DNA from: Zygnema circumcarinatum SAG 698-1b
Lineage: Eukaryota > Plantae > Zygnematophyceae
Length of the DNA stretch: 64,000 nucleotides
Assembly: GCA_037447605.1 (NCBI GenBank)
Contig: CM074808.1
Coordinates: 1 to 64,000 of the forward strand
Direction of reading: 5' to 3'
The position numbers were made by a program, and so were the translations under genes. Below, piece after piece: positions 19,601-33,497 of the stretch. The notes under the pieces are model-generated. The model was not told where the DNA came from. It searched no databases and saw nothing but the letters and a program-made list of their open reading frames with translations. How positions within the stretch are numbered: position 1 is the first letter of the stretch; every line of letters starts with the position of its first letter.

Positions 19601-22600
19601 AGCCCGACTACTGGCTCACGTTCGGGAACCCCTGGGAGATAGAGCGCGTGCACGTCACCTACCCCGTGCGAGTGAGTGCGACCGTTCTGATTTAAGGTTT
19701 GAGAAATCTGAGATTCTTCAAAGTTGTGAGTCTAAGCTTACGTTCATTGCATTCTTATTCTATCGCTGTCAGTCATGCACTGAATTTGCAGCCTTGAATG
19801 CAGATAAGGGTGTTCTGACACGAGCAGGGTCATGCAGAGAGAATGGTGGTGTGAAGAATGATTGCAAGGGCGATGGAAAGGCATTGCGTGAGGACGAGCG
19901 AGAATTGGGTATGGATGTGCTCATGTCGTCCTCGTTTGCCCATGCACCTCAGTTCTACGGTCAGGCGGAGGAGGTCATCGAGGGAGGCCGCAAGAAGCAT
20001 TGCTGGACGGGAGGCGAAACGGTACGCTTCGAGTCGTGGCCGGGCCGTGCTTCTGCCGATGCATCTCTCTCCTCCCTCTCTTTCAACCTTCTCTCTTCCC
20101 CGCTCCCGCTCCCCTCTCTCCCCCTGTTTGTCACCAATCTCTCTGCATCTCCCGTCAACATTCGTTTGAAAACGCTTTGTGCAAAGCGCGTATTTCGAGA
20201 GTATTCTGCTCCAGTATATTTGAGCTGGTTAATGGAGTTATCGTTGTGTTGCGAGTTTCTCATATAATAGGTTGAAGCGGTAGCATACGACAACCCCATT
20301 CCTGGGTACTTGACGAACAATACCATCAACTTGCGGCTGTGGGCGGCCAAACCGAGTGGCGAATTTGATTTGGTGGGTTTTAAAAGGCTGCAAGAGCCCC
20401 AGTACCCTCCAAAACCATGAATTCTGAAGCATAAATTTTTTGTGATTCCTTGAATATTTGAAGACCTCGGCCCTCTAGAAAACCCCAACATGTTTGAAAG
20501 TTTGGGAAAAAGAGGTTTTCCAGGAGCATCGTGCATTACGTTTTGGCAATTTCAGAGTCTTAGAATGGCAGCAAACCTTAGGAAAAGCAGTTGAAATGTA
20601 TGAATTCTTGAAGGTCGTATGAAAAAAAACAATAGAAGTCCCTCGAACCTGCAACAAGCCATAACTCTAAAATTTATAAACGGCGAAGACCTTTGAAGTT
20701 GTCATCAAGTCTTAAGACTTCTCAATTTCAACTTCCTTTGAAAACCGCATTGGGGTCATTTCCATGGTTTACGCAGCAATCATTCAACACGGGGGACTAC
20801 GTGACAGCCATTCTGAGCAAGCAGAGAGCGGAGGCCATCAGTTCGGTGCTCTACCCGGACGATCGGACTTATCAGGTCCCACCTACACCCTAAGCCCTAG
20901 AGAGCCCTGCTGCTGCGGCGTCCGCCGGGGCAACCCTGCAGGCGAGCTCAGAGAGAGAGTCTCTTTGTGATGATCGATGGGAGGTTTCCCTCAATGAGGA
21001 TGAGCAACCGAAGGCTGCTCCGCATGGCGCTGCAGGGCAAGGAGCTGCGGCTGAAGCAGCAGCACTTCTTCGTCTCCGCAACGCTTCAAGACATAGTACG
21101 GCGCTACAAAGACCAGCATGACAACTTTGATGACTTCGCCAACAAGGTACTGCCATCCTGAGGGCAGCCCTGGCTGGGAAGGGAGAGGAGGGAGGGAGGT
21201 CTTAGAGGGAGAGAGAGAGGAAGAGAGATGGGAGGAACAGAAGCACAAGGAGAGATGGGAGGAACGTTAGAGGCAGAGGAAGAGGAGAAGTGAGGGTTGC
21301 AGAGTGAGAGATGGAAGAAATGGGAGTAAGCTGAGGGAGGGGAAAGGAGGGATGGGACAGTGACAGATGGGAGAGGAAGGGAGGGACAGATGATGAGAGA
21401 GAAAGTTGAAGAGGGCACGAAAGAGATGGGAAAGTGGAATGGAATGAGACAGAAAAATGAAAGTAAGGAAGAAGCAGGCGAGGGAGAAGGCAGGCAGGCA
21501 AACAAGCAAGGCAACCCAGTTTTGGGGTGCGGGGCGTGCGTGCGTGCGTGCGCAGGTGGCCCTGCAGCTGAACGACACGCACCCCTCCCTGGGCGTGCCG
21601 GAGCTGATGCGGCTGCTCATGGACGAGGAGGGCCTCGAGTGGAAGCGCGCGTGGGCGCTCACGCAGCGCTGCTTCTCGTTCACGAACCACACCGTGCTGC
21701 CGGAGGCGCTCGAGAAGTGGCCCATCGAGCTGCTGCACTCCGTGCTGCCGCGCCACCTGCAAATCATCTACGACATCAACTTCCACCACGTCGAGGAGCT
21801 CAAGAAACATATCGGCGCCGACTACAGCCGCCTCGCGCGCATGTCCATCATTGAGGAAGGGGAGCACAAGGTATGTGCTTCCCTACTACCCCTCTTGCGG
21901 TTACAATACGCGCTTGCGGGTTGAAATGTAGCACGCTCTCTTTCACGCATGCACGCTTCTCTCTCTCTCCCTCTCCCTCTTCCTCTCCCTCTCTCTCTCT
22001 CTCCTCTCCCTCTCCCTCTCCCTCTCCCTTCCTTCCTCCCTCCCTCCCTCCCTCCCTCCCTCCCTCCCTCAGCACCTCTCATTCCCCCCCCCCTCCCTCC
22101 CTTCCCCCAACACCCCCCCGCCCTCGTAAAACACATTCGCTTACTCGGTTAGGGCACGCTGAATATTGTAGTGGCGGGGAGAGTGGGAGAACAGGCAGTT
22201 CGAATGGCGAGTTTGGCGGTGGTGGCCTCCCACACCGTCAATGGAGTTGCAGTTCTGCACTCAGAACTCATCAAGAACGTCCTCTTCAAGGTGCACTAGC
22301 CCTCCGATTCCTCCCTCCCATTCCTACTCCCACTCCACTGGAAGGAATGCGTACTTGCCGGATGTAATTTGTTGAAAATGAGGGGCTGAGATGCTTTAAA
22401 TGGCGTTCTATAATTTTTAAGCAATATGGGAGGGATTGAGGGGCAGAGGATTTAGTACTACTACGTATCTTCTCTTCTCTCCATTTTTGCACTTTTTTGT
22501 TCTGAGCGTAATGTTTGTTCGAGCAGGACTTCTATGACATCTGGCCTCAAAAATTTCAAAACAAGACTAATGGAGTCACACAGGTATGCATCCTCATGCG

Positions 22601-25529
22601 CCTCGAAAAAGATTTAGCTCTAGGAGGGAAAATTTGAGACAGAGAGAGAGGGGAGGGGACAGCTGGATTGGGCTACATTTGGTCTGAGTGGCTGTAGCAA
22701 GAGGGTGACGGGCCTTCCGACAAGAGAGAGAGAGAGAGAGAGAGAGAGATAAAGAGGGAGAGAGTGAGAGAGAGAGAGAGTACTTGGGACAGGGAGAGAG
22801 CGAGATGGGAGAGATGAGTGAGAGGAGGAAGGCTGGCTGGGAGCTCAGAAAAGGGGAGCTCTGTTTTGGTGGACTCTCAACTCCGTTTCAAAGTTGGCAG
22901 CGGATGTTGCGGTGTGTGAGTGAGGCTGAGGTGGGTGCAGCGGCGGTGGCTTGCCTTCTGCAACCCCGCGTTGGGGCGCGTCCTCGAGGAGCGGTTGGGC
23001 ACGCGCGCGTGGGCGAGCGACCTGGACCTCCTCGCGGGCCTGCGCCGCAGCGCGGACGACCCCGCCCTCCACCGCCAATGGTGCGCCGCGCGGCGCCAGA
23101 ACAAGGCGCGCCTCGCCACCTACATCGAGGCGGCCACCGGGGTCAAGGTGGGCTCTACGCCGACGATTGGACCATTGCGGAGCTTACTTACTGGGAGGGG
23201 GAGACAGAGAGATAGAGACAGAGAGACAGAGAGATTTTCGTCAGGACTCGACCCTTTCAATGTTGGGAAAGGGGTGAATGCAGGTGAGCATCGACGCAAT
23301 GTTTGACGTCCAGGTGAAGCGTATCCACGAGTATAAGAGGCAGCTGCTCAATGTGCTGGCCATCATCCACCGATACGATTGTATCAAGGTGCGTGTCCCT
23401 CCCTGCCCCTACCACTCTCCCTCCCCCTCTCTCCTCTCCCCCCCTCCTTCTGTGTGCACATTAAACTTTTGCAATGCCGGCAATCACTATTTGCAGATTT
23501 CTTACATTTAGAGACTTTGCGCTCAAGGCTTCAGATTCCCAGTGGGGGTACCGACTGTTTGTGAGTTGTAGGTATGGTTCACAGGGTTTCCGCGAACTCT
23601 CGTGTCAATGTCCTAACTTTCAGGGGCATTGAAGAGTGCTCCCTGGTTAGTACCTGCGTTATGAGTAACGGTCAAGAGGTCAAGAGTAACGTAGTGATTG
23701 TGGTTTAATTTAGGGCTAGCGTTCGGTCAGTGTTCTGAGGATGAGGGTTAAATATGGAGTTAGAAGTGGCCAGGGTTTCAATTTTGGATTAGCTTGAACT
23801 TAGAGGCCCTGGTAGCGACTAGATCGCGCTTCATTAGAATGTGAGGTACGAACAAGAGTTGTCACGTCAGGAGCGGCCTCGCCGATGCATGCTTGGATGC
23901 TTAATTAAGCCCTTGTAAGGACTCAAGTACGAACATGTTGTGAACTTGTGATTCGACATGTAGATCAGCAATAACATGAACATGAAATGCCAATGTGAAA
24001 ACCCACAGAGCATGAAGCCGGAGGATCGGCAGAAGGTGGTGCCCAGAGTGTGCGTACTGGGCGGCAAGGCGGCCCCCGGATACGACATGGCGCGACGCAT
24101 CATCAAGCTCATCTGCACCGTCGCCGAGAAGATAAACAACGACCCCGATGTCGGGGACCTCCTCAAGCTGGTAACGGGAAAGCACCTGACAATCTGAAAA
24201 CTGGCAACCCCTCAACACTACATCATCTGAACCCTAAACTTGAAGTCGCTGCAGGCGTCAATGTAATGTTCTCTGGGGTTGGCAGGTGTTTGTTCCCGAC
24301 TATAATGTGTCAGTAGCCGAGCTCATCGTTCCTGCAGCCGACCTTTCTCAGCATATTAGGTGAGGAGGAATACATTCTAAAGATCGCCTTATAATTCCCA
24401 CTTCCAGCTTTGGATGCTGTTGATGTCGGTCTTACGTATTTCTCGACCTGTTGTCGATTGAATACCTTTCCCTCACATCCTCGTAGTCCTGAATTGGTCG
24501 CTCATTGTTGCCGCCCTCCTGCGTGGGCTGCGCAGCACGGCGGGCAACGAGGCCTCGGGCACGAGCAACATGAAGTTTGCGATGAACGGAGGCATCATTC
24601 TCGGCACGCTGGACGGCGCCAATGTGGAGATCCGCGAGGAGATTGGCGAGGAGAACATGGTGAGCTCAACATTCACTTCGTAATCCCTTCCTCTCCTTTG
24701 TCTGGCTTGCCCGCAGAGCTCAGAGTTTTGGGATGTTGGTGACAAGGTCAACCGTAAATCGTATTGTGGTCGCAGTTCATCTTTGGAGCGCGAGTCGACG
24801 AAGTTCCCCGCCTGCAGGCTGAACGCAGACATTTCACACCTTGTAAAGAGTTTATACGCGTTGTCGGGTGGGCCCTCAATTTCTGAAACCCTAAAAAAGA
24901 TCAGCATAAAGATTACTAGAAGGGTCGCTTTAAGCCACTGGCAACGTGCTTTCCTCTCTCGTCTGCTACGTGTTCTATGTCCTCACCTCGCCCGCCTGGT
25001 CATGGACTTAATGCTCCCCACTAGGTTGGTTGTGTGGAGCACCTCCGTCCTGCCCCGTTTCTTTGTCGTTGTGAGCGCCAAACACAACTGTGTGCGCGTG
25101 TGGCAGAATGATAAGGAACGACTACTTTGGCGCCGCCGAGCATTTGGTGCCTCTCTGTGACTCCATTGAGGGCGCAAACGACTTGTACCTTCTGGCGAAT
25201 GACTTCCCGAGCTATTTGATGACACAGGCAAGTACTAATAACCCAAAAACTGGAAAGAAGGTCCGTGTTGGATCGAAGGCCCACGTATTCATCAAATTCT
25301 GCGATCTTGCGCTCCTAAGGACCATTGGAACTGGTCGTTCTGCCCTAAATTTGTGGCCTTGCTAGCAATTTTGCAGGCGGCGGTGGACCGTGCGTACGTG
25401 GACACGGCGCGGTGGACTCGCATGTCCATCCTCAGCACGGCCGGCTCGGGGAAGTTCAGCAGCGACCGCACCATCCGCGAATATGCGGAAGACATCTGGG
25501 GCGTGCAGCCCTGCATCCGCCCGCTCTAG
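16617..25529 (+). CDS. Alpha-glucan (starch/glycogen) phosphorylase, GT35, with transit peptide and N-terminal ACT domain; about 20 exons
   Basis: Exon 1 (16617-17363) has a transit peptide and ACT motif ([24 protein letters not shown]...DQFFVTD). Later exons give [76 protein letters not shown], the PLP-lysine motif [10 protein letters not shown] and [14 protein letters not shown]. No L78-type insertion is seen. Confidence 0.95.
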
Positions 25530-25947
25530 CCGCTCTACCGATAAAATCATGTACAGCTAGCTACAAGTCACGAGTCTGTTCACTGGCGTTTTGCTAAGGA
25601 GGAAGGCGTGAAATGCTTTTTGGTCGCCTCTGTGGTGCGATATATTATTTTAAATAAAAAATAATTTTGATTACTCATACAAGCCGACGAAGTGGGCACG
25701 TCAAACATGCTGGAAAATTCCTTGCCACTTGTTTTGATACATGCAGCTTTGAAGTTTTCTCCTATCCCCTCCTCCCAACTACAGGACGTTTCACAAAAAA
25801 CGGTGACGAGGGCTTCTGGCAGGAGCAAAATTTGACACGCAAATTTGCGATTTAGTGGATGGCCTCTTTACTGTACAGTCATAGTCATGGTGTTTTGTGT
25901 TGGGAAGGAAGGAGCCGACATAAGTCTGCCGCCCGCCCCCCCCCCCT

Positions 25948-28900
25948 CTACTCGGAGTCGGAGAGCGCCGCGTCTATGAGTTGGCGCGTCTCCTGCTGGT
26001 GGATGCGGTGGCTGCCGGTGGCGGCGGCCGCGGAGGACGCTCTGCCCACATAGCGAGCGCGGCTCCGCTCCGGCCCGCGATCCTTGCACAGCTCGCGCAG
26101 CGCCGTCTCCAGGCGGGGCTGCACGTAGCTCCAGGCGCCCATGTTCTTCGGTTCCTCCTGCAAGCGGCCCGCAGCACTGTGAGGGGAGGGACAGGAAAGG
26201 GAAGCCGTTTCACGATTCACTCGATTCAGCGCAACCCTAAACTGTCAAAACGACGAGCGCTGACAGAGCTCTAACCTGCACCCACACGATCTCGGCGTTG
26301 GGGTAGCGCTTGATGACAGTCGCCAAGCGGTCCATTGCCAGAGGGGCGATCTGCTCCAGGCGGACCAGCGCGACGTTTCTGATCTTCCTAGCTCGCCGAG
26401 CATGCGCGAGAAGATAATAAATCTGCACGCAGCAGTTCATGTCCACATGAAAAGAAGGGAGCAATTTAACAAGGACGCCAATGGCCTCGTTGCAATTGAC
26501 CTCGGCTGAACAATGTTCTACGACAGTAACGATATTGCGAGCATTGCTCACCACGACCTCTAACAACCCGGAAAAATGAAAATTCTTCTCGTAACCAAGC
26601 AAACGCTGAAATACCTAGGGCTTCGGAGAAACCCTGCAAATCCCCAGGAGATCCCTGACTATATCGTCGACGTTCTGAAGGTTGGCGTGAGTGGACAGCA
26701 CCTTCCCCGAGCAGAGGAGCACGCGCTGAATGTCCCGCCGGGGCAGAAGGTCCTCCCCCAGATGCCGCAGATTGTCAGCCGGGTCCCCGTCTGCAATCAC
26801 CCGCCTGATGCCCCCCTGCATACAACTGCTTCAACCGACCAAAAGCACTGGAAACCCTAATGCAGTTGTACGTACATGACTATTCATCGCTTACACATTT
26901 AAATCCAAAGAGAAGTAGCCTACAGTTTCGCTCAGCAGAGCAGAGGACAAAGCAAGAATCCTGCAAAAAGGCACAAACCTGAAGTATGTGCCTGGAGCCA
27001 TGTCTGCCAGTTTAGAGACACAGGCCCTGTGATGCAACAGAAACTACAGGAAAGCCCACAGCCAAACCCTTCTCTCCGCAGCCCATTAGCAACAAAAATC
27101 GTGAAAGTCAGAAGCTGAAATCCAGGGATTACTCTTCCCGACCCCTCCCCCCCTTTCAAACCCCACGTTCCTGCAATCAGAAAATCTGCAATCTTTTCAA
27201 GAACCTTCATCAGCACCTAAGACCCCAACCTCATCTGCTCAGAGTAGTAAAAGCGACGCGGCGACACGGGCTGCAATACGAGCAGGCTGTGGAGGCAGCA
27301 AGCCTCCGGAGTGCACCTTTGGAGCCATGACGACCAGCGGCTTCGAGTACGGCCGGCAGACCTGCATGCATAGGGCGATTCCCTTCATCATTATCATCAT
27401 CGCCGTCATCACTATCACCACCATCATCATCATCGCCATCGCCCCGTGAGCACACCTGGCGGCGCAAGAGGTGAAAGAAGTTCGCGGGCGATGTCACGTT
27501 CACCACACAGCTGCAACGCAGTAAAGCTACAGCATTCTGTCAATAAAGCTTCAAAAAAGCTCTACAACCAGAATAGTGAAAGGTAGCAATGTGAAGTTCG
27601 ACTTAAAGCACAGGTTGTCTAATCCTTTATGACACAGAGAGGGAAAAAGGGTTCTGTCTTGTCTCTGGAAGCTCAAAAAATATAAAATAAAAAAGAACCT
27701 ACAGGTTGTGATCTTTTTCTGCATTTCTGCGCATCCACTGCGCCATGAAGAGCTTCCAGTCGTGCCTGCAGAAGGAAGACTGGGCAGGTCAGGCCTCCCC
27801 TCTGTCGCTCTTCAGAGCTGACATCTTAAAAAAAACCCCTACAAGGCCATAAAAACCTCAAACGCATAAACCATGAAGTAACCCAAACAACACCATGAAC
27901 ACATCACATCCAAACAGAAACAGCAAGCACGTAAACCCGATACACCCTGCAGACCCTAGAGAGTTTCCCCTCGCCCTGAAGCAGCTGCACAAGTCCCGCC
28001 CCCCCCCACCGGTGCAGGCGGCCCTCCGGCCCGCCGTCGAGTTCTGCGAGGAGGCGGGTGAGGTCCGGCGGGTCCCCCTCCTGCGCGCCCTCCGCCGCCC
28101 GCCGCGCCGCCGTCAGCTCCTCGAGGTCGCTCCGCGTCAGATAGCCCTTGCCGCCTGGGGGAGGAGGGAGGGAGAGGGGCCAAGAGAGATGGGAGAAAAA
28201 GATATGGGAGGAGCTAGAGAGGGGGGGGCGAAAGGGAGGAGGGAAGGAGGGGAGGAGAGAGCGGGAAACGAAGACAGCAGAGTGGGTTAAAGAGAAAAAG
28301 GGAAGCGCGAGGGAGGTGGCGAGCTGAAGAGTGGCGGAGTTCAGCATGGGCACGAGACGGGGAAGGGAGCATGGCCTGAAAGCTCTCGAATCCTGCCAAG
28401 ACTTTAGAACCCTATGCAGGGACATGAGTGAAGAGAAGAGAATGACAGGACGAGCAAGGACGGAGAGCGAAGGAAGATAGAGAGGGAATGATCTCCGCAC
28501 CTCTATCAGCCGCAGTAAAGCCGGCCTCAATGTCAGCCGTGTGTTGGGGCCCCAGCCCGGGGAGGTGGTCGGGGTCATCACTGCAGAGCTGCACACACCA
28601 CCGCGTGCGTGCGCGCATGGGCCCTTTGGACAACAGTTTTTCGGGGTTGAAAGGTTGGTTTGAGGATTGCGGGGTACCTGCAGGAACCTCTCGAGTCTCG
28701 CGGAGCTGTGGTCCGGCCCCTGCCCGTCGTGCCCGTGCGGCAGCAGCAGCACGAGCCCGCAGGCCGCCCGCCACCGCGCCTCGCCGCCCGCCACGAAGGT
28801 GTCGATGGCCGCCTGCGCGTTGTTCGCGAAGTCGCCGAACTGCATCATCGGAAGGAGACAGGGGGGGGGAGGGAGGAAGGACTAGTTGTGGGGCAGCAGG

Positions 28901-31900
28901 AGAGAGGCAAGTAAGGGAACGAGAAGGGAGGAGAAATGGGAAGGCTGTTGCGGACCTGAGCCTCCCACATGACGAGAGCGTTCTCGCTAGCGAGACTGAA
29001 TCCGTACTCAAAGCCCAGCACGGCTGCCTCCGAGAGATTGGAGTTGCACACTAAAAACGGACTTTGTTGTCCCGGCGCCATTCGGTTCAGTGGAACATAC
29101 CTGCGGCCGCAGGGAGAAAAAGCTAATAGAGCGAGAGAGATAGGGCCTTACATCTCCTGGCTGCCACTCGCCAGGGGCAGCCCTTGCTGTTTAGCAGAAT
29201 GGACAACTCAGAGATACCTTCCCTACAAACTCTGTGCAAACCTATACGGACTTTTGTCAAAGTCTATATATTATATGGAAACACCAATAGGAATCTTACA
29301 AACGATAAAAAATTCACGCAGACCCAAAACTCGCTTGCAAATACTAAAACAACATCAAACCGTATAAAAAATTCCTTACAACCCCTAAAAAGCTTCTCAC
29401 AAATCCCAAAAAATCTACTTCTAAATCTCGGAAAACCCGTGAAATGCCCTAGAAACGCGGTCGCAGTGAAGCTGAACAGGTGACGAGCGGCCTACCGCTG
29501 CGCGGTGGTCTGGTCGTAGAGCGCCGCGTGGCGCTGGCTGAAGGTCCCGCGCTCGCAGTCCTGCCCGCTCAGCCGCACGGGGAAGGGGGGCTGCGCCGAG
29601 AGGATGGACCTGCGGCCATGCGACCATGCATCATCCATCATCGACCCATCCATCCACATGCCATTCATCCCTGCTTGCAACCATCCACATCCATCATCAT
29701 TAATCATCAATTGGATGATCAATGATGATGATGATGATTGGAAAATTTTGCCCCTCAGGTGCGCCCTTACTATCCACAGATGCATCTGTTGTCTATAATC
29801 CGATGGCATCTATATGCATCCATCGATTCATCCATGCATCACGCGCCAGTCAAAAATTTCATGCATCATGGATCCACTTGCCTGGGAAAATTCACCTATT
29901 TCGATGCACGCTTTTTCAGATTTTCACAGTTTCTAGGGTTCAGGAGATTCCTGTGAGGATCTTCAGAGGTTTCTACAAGGAAGCACAAACCCAAAAGCCA
30001 AGGCCTCCGCCATGGCCCAGTCTATGCCTTCGCCAGTCTCCACCATCTGCAGTCGAGCTTGTAGGAGGGCCTTCACCTGCAGGACATAGAGGATATCAAA
30101 GCTTCTCAGAATTCTAGGGTTCCTGAAGGAAGGGTGGTGAAGCTACAAAGGGTAGGGATGGGCGACCTGAGGATGCAGGTGGAAGTCCTCAGGGACCCGG
30201 CAAGCAGCACTGCCCTGCAACCCTCCTCACGCCTTGCCACAGGTGAGGGAGGGGGGGAGGGAGGGGAAGGAGGNNNNNNNNNNGGGAAGGGAGGGAGGGG
30301 AGGGAGGGGAGGGAGAGGAGAGAGGGGAGGGAGGGAGGGGAGGGAGGGATGGAGGGAGGGAGGGAGAAGATAAGGAAAGGGAAGAGGCAAGGTGAGAGGA
30401 AGAGAGAGCAAGGCCAGGAGGTCGCGGAAAGGAAAGTAGAGGAGTGCAGGGACGAGGGCGAGGGGCAGGCTAGGGACACCGACCACGCGGCGCAGCGTCT
30501 CCAGGTCGACCCCCGTGGCCTGCGAGCCCCTCTGCTTCGTAAGGGAACCCAGTGCCTCTCCTGCATTGACCGCTTTCCACTGTTTTCAGCATTTTCAAGT
30601 TGCTGGTAACCCCATAAGCGAAACAAGAACTATGAATTTAACTTCATGTAGAAACCTGAACTGAAACCTACAATGTGCAAACACCCGCTCCTTCCCTTCA
30701 CCACCGCCTTCTTGATGTACTGCAAGTGCCAGCCACATGCGCCCAAGAGTTCTAGAAGACTATGACACCCTGAGAAGCCTGGCAGTCGAATACTGGCTTG
30801 GAGATTTGAGGGCCTGATTTTCTACTGTAGACTTTGCGTGACTTAAGGCAGACTTCCTTTGTAAAGAGTAACGTTGTGTGTGCAGGGCAGATTGTTAGGA
30901 CCCCAATGTGAGTGGAGAATCAGCGCACCCTGCCAGTTGGCCGCGAGCCACGCCTGCGGAGTGGGGGCGGCAGTGTCGGCCGCGCGGTAGCGCTCCTCGA
31001 ACTGCGACGCCGCCTGCGCCGCCCACCTGTCCAGGTCCTGCGCGGCCCTCAGGGTTCAGGACTCGCGCTGGCTGCTGGAGAAGGAGAAGGGTTCAGGACG
31101 CGACACAAGGACTTGGGGGGCGGCGCGGCTGACCGCCTGCGTGACAACTCTCTCCTCGAGAAGGCGCTGGGAGTAGAGCTGCAGCGTGGTGGGATGCTGT
31201 GCGATTTTCGCATAGGCTAAAGGCTGAGTCACGCTGGGATCATCCTGGGGATCCACACAAAACAAGACCTCCAAAAGAACACTTTTAATTGCAAATCCTT
31301 ATATTGCACTACACATGCAGCAGAGAAAGATAATCTTTTCCAAACAAAGGCGGGGAGGTGGCCCACCTGTTCATTGTGGCCATGGCGGCGGTAGCAAACG
31401 AGGTCCACCACCACGTCCTTCAGGAAGCGCTGAAAGGAACCGTCCCCCCGGCCCATGAAGGTTTGCCAGTTATATTCGTAGAGCTTAAGGTCAGGCTCGT
31501 AGGGGCATTTTGAGGATGTCTTGAGAAGCTTCCTCAGGCACTCACTACAGAGCTCATGTGCAGGTGTTCTGACACATGTGCGGTTGAGAATATTAAAGTC
31601 TAGAGCCTCTTGAAAGTCTTAAGGCCTTTGTAAGACTTGATCAAGCGTGATCAGAGGATTTTAGGGCCCGCAGGGTTGCTGAGGTCTCGCTCGTTTTTTG
31701 AGAATGTATCCAGGCTCATCACTGCTTTTAAGATTAGAATGGCTTAAGAAAAAGGTTAAAGCTTTCGAAATAATAGACGTTGGAGTAGCGGTGGAGCTGC
31801 CGGGGTTTTGAAGGTTCTTGAGTTTCCAGGGTTTACCTGCCGCCATTCGGCGGCGAGCCGGCAGGCCTGCAGCACCGCCTCCGGGTCGTCGCCGTTGACG

Positions 31901-33203
31901 TGGAATATGGGCGCGCCCACAGCCTGCACCGCTAAGGAGCAGGAAAGAGCTCTAATCCAGTAGAGGAAGAAGAGAGAGTGGAGGGGAAAGCTGAGGTCAT
32001 CGACGGAGGAGAGAGGGGAAGGTATGGAAAGGGAGGAAAGTGGAGATGATTCCCACTTTGGCAACATCGCTGGGGTGCACTGAGGAGCGTGCAAGCTTTG
32101 GATCCGTCGTGAAGCCGATTTGATTATTCACTATCACATGCACCGTCCCACCAGTCGTGTATTCTGGAAGCTCCGCAAGCTGCCACGAGAGTTGAAGCAG
32201 GTGAGAGAGGGGCAGGGAGAGGGGTGGAAAGGAGATAGGGGGCTAATGGACAAGAAGGGGAGAGAGACGATGTAGCAAGAGAGAGAATTCGTGAAAGTCA
32301 TAAAGTCGAGGCATCTTAAGATCCCTAAAAGGTAAAGATCCTTAAGGAACCAAAATTCTAACCGACCTTGCTTTCCCAGCTCTAGCGTTGAGTAATCAAA
32401 GACTATGGTCTTTGGAGCGAGAGTCTTTTGGTCTCGAGAGTTTCCAGTTTCTCATCATCTTTAATGGCTTCCGGTATGAGGCATCAGCGCACCTGCAGCA
32501 CCTCTGCCGCCAACCCCAGTCCGCAAAATGCGGCGTCCCCGTGCAGGAGCAGGCCCTTTCCCCGCCCGCCCGCCAACCGCAAATCAGAGGCCCGGAGGGG
32601 GAGGGGGATGGGGAGGGGGAGGGGCCTCTGGGAGGAGGAGTCAAAGGCTTAGAGCATTAGGATAGAATGGGGGAGTAGGACTTAGTGTCTAATCCGAACC
32701 TTCACTGAGAAAGGCGAGGAACTCTAGGCAATAGGTGGTATTGCTAGTTGCAGCATTGCAAACTGAGGGCATAAGCTTGTAGCCTGGTGACGCAATGAGT
32801 ATAAGACTTACAGTAAATGCTATGTGCATGCTAGCTGTGCGCTTGTATTACACTGAAAAGAACCAACGACTTTTGGACTGGTGGGTTTTATATTAAAAAA
32901 CTTGTTTTTGAAGTGTGTGACTGTAATGCTGCTAGTTGTGTGGCCGGAAAATGTTAAGATAATTTGGATGGAAGTAGGAGAAGCAAGATGACCGAGTGAA
33001 GTACAAGCACAGTGGTGGAAAGTGCAGCAAAGCGCAGGGCCCAGACCATGACTCGCTTGCGGGTGCGGTCGCAGAGGAACATCTGCCGTGCGCGCGCGCG
33101 GCCCGCCACGACGGGGCTCACCGCCTCGAGGTGGCTCGGGTTGGGGGAGAGGGAGATCTGCACCTGCAAGGTGGTGGGGGGGGGGGGGGGGGGNNNNNNN
33201 NNN

Positions 33204-33236
<33 letters not shown>

Positions 33237-33445
33237 AGAGGGAGAAATGAGAAAAAAGAGCTAAACCGAATTCCGAAACAGATAGAAAGCAAGGTAGAAG
33301 GAAAGCTGGACCAGCGGGCGACCAAACGGTACCTGACTAGTCATAAATTATTTCATGGCAGAAGCACAAGAGCTCACATGCCAGAACTGGCACGGACGAA
33401 TGCACACGCTCATTCGAGTGTGTCTGTGTGCGTGTGTGTGTCTGC

Positions 33446-33497
<52 letters not shown>

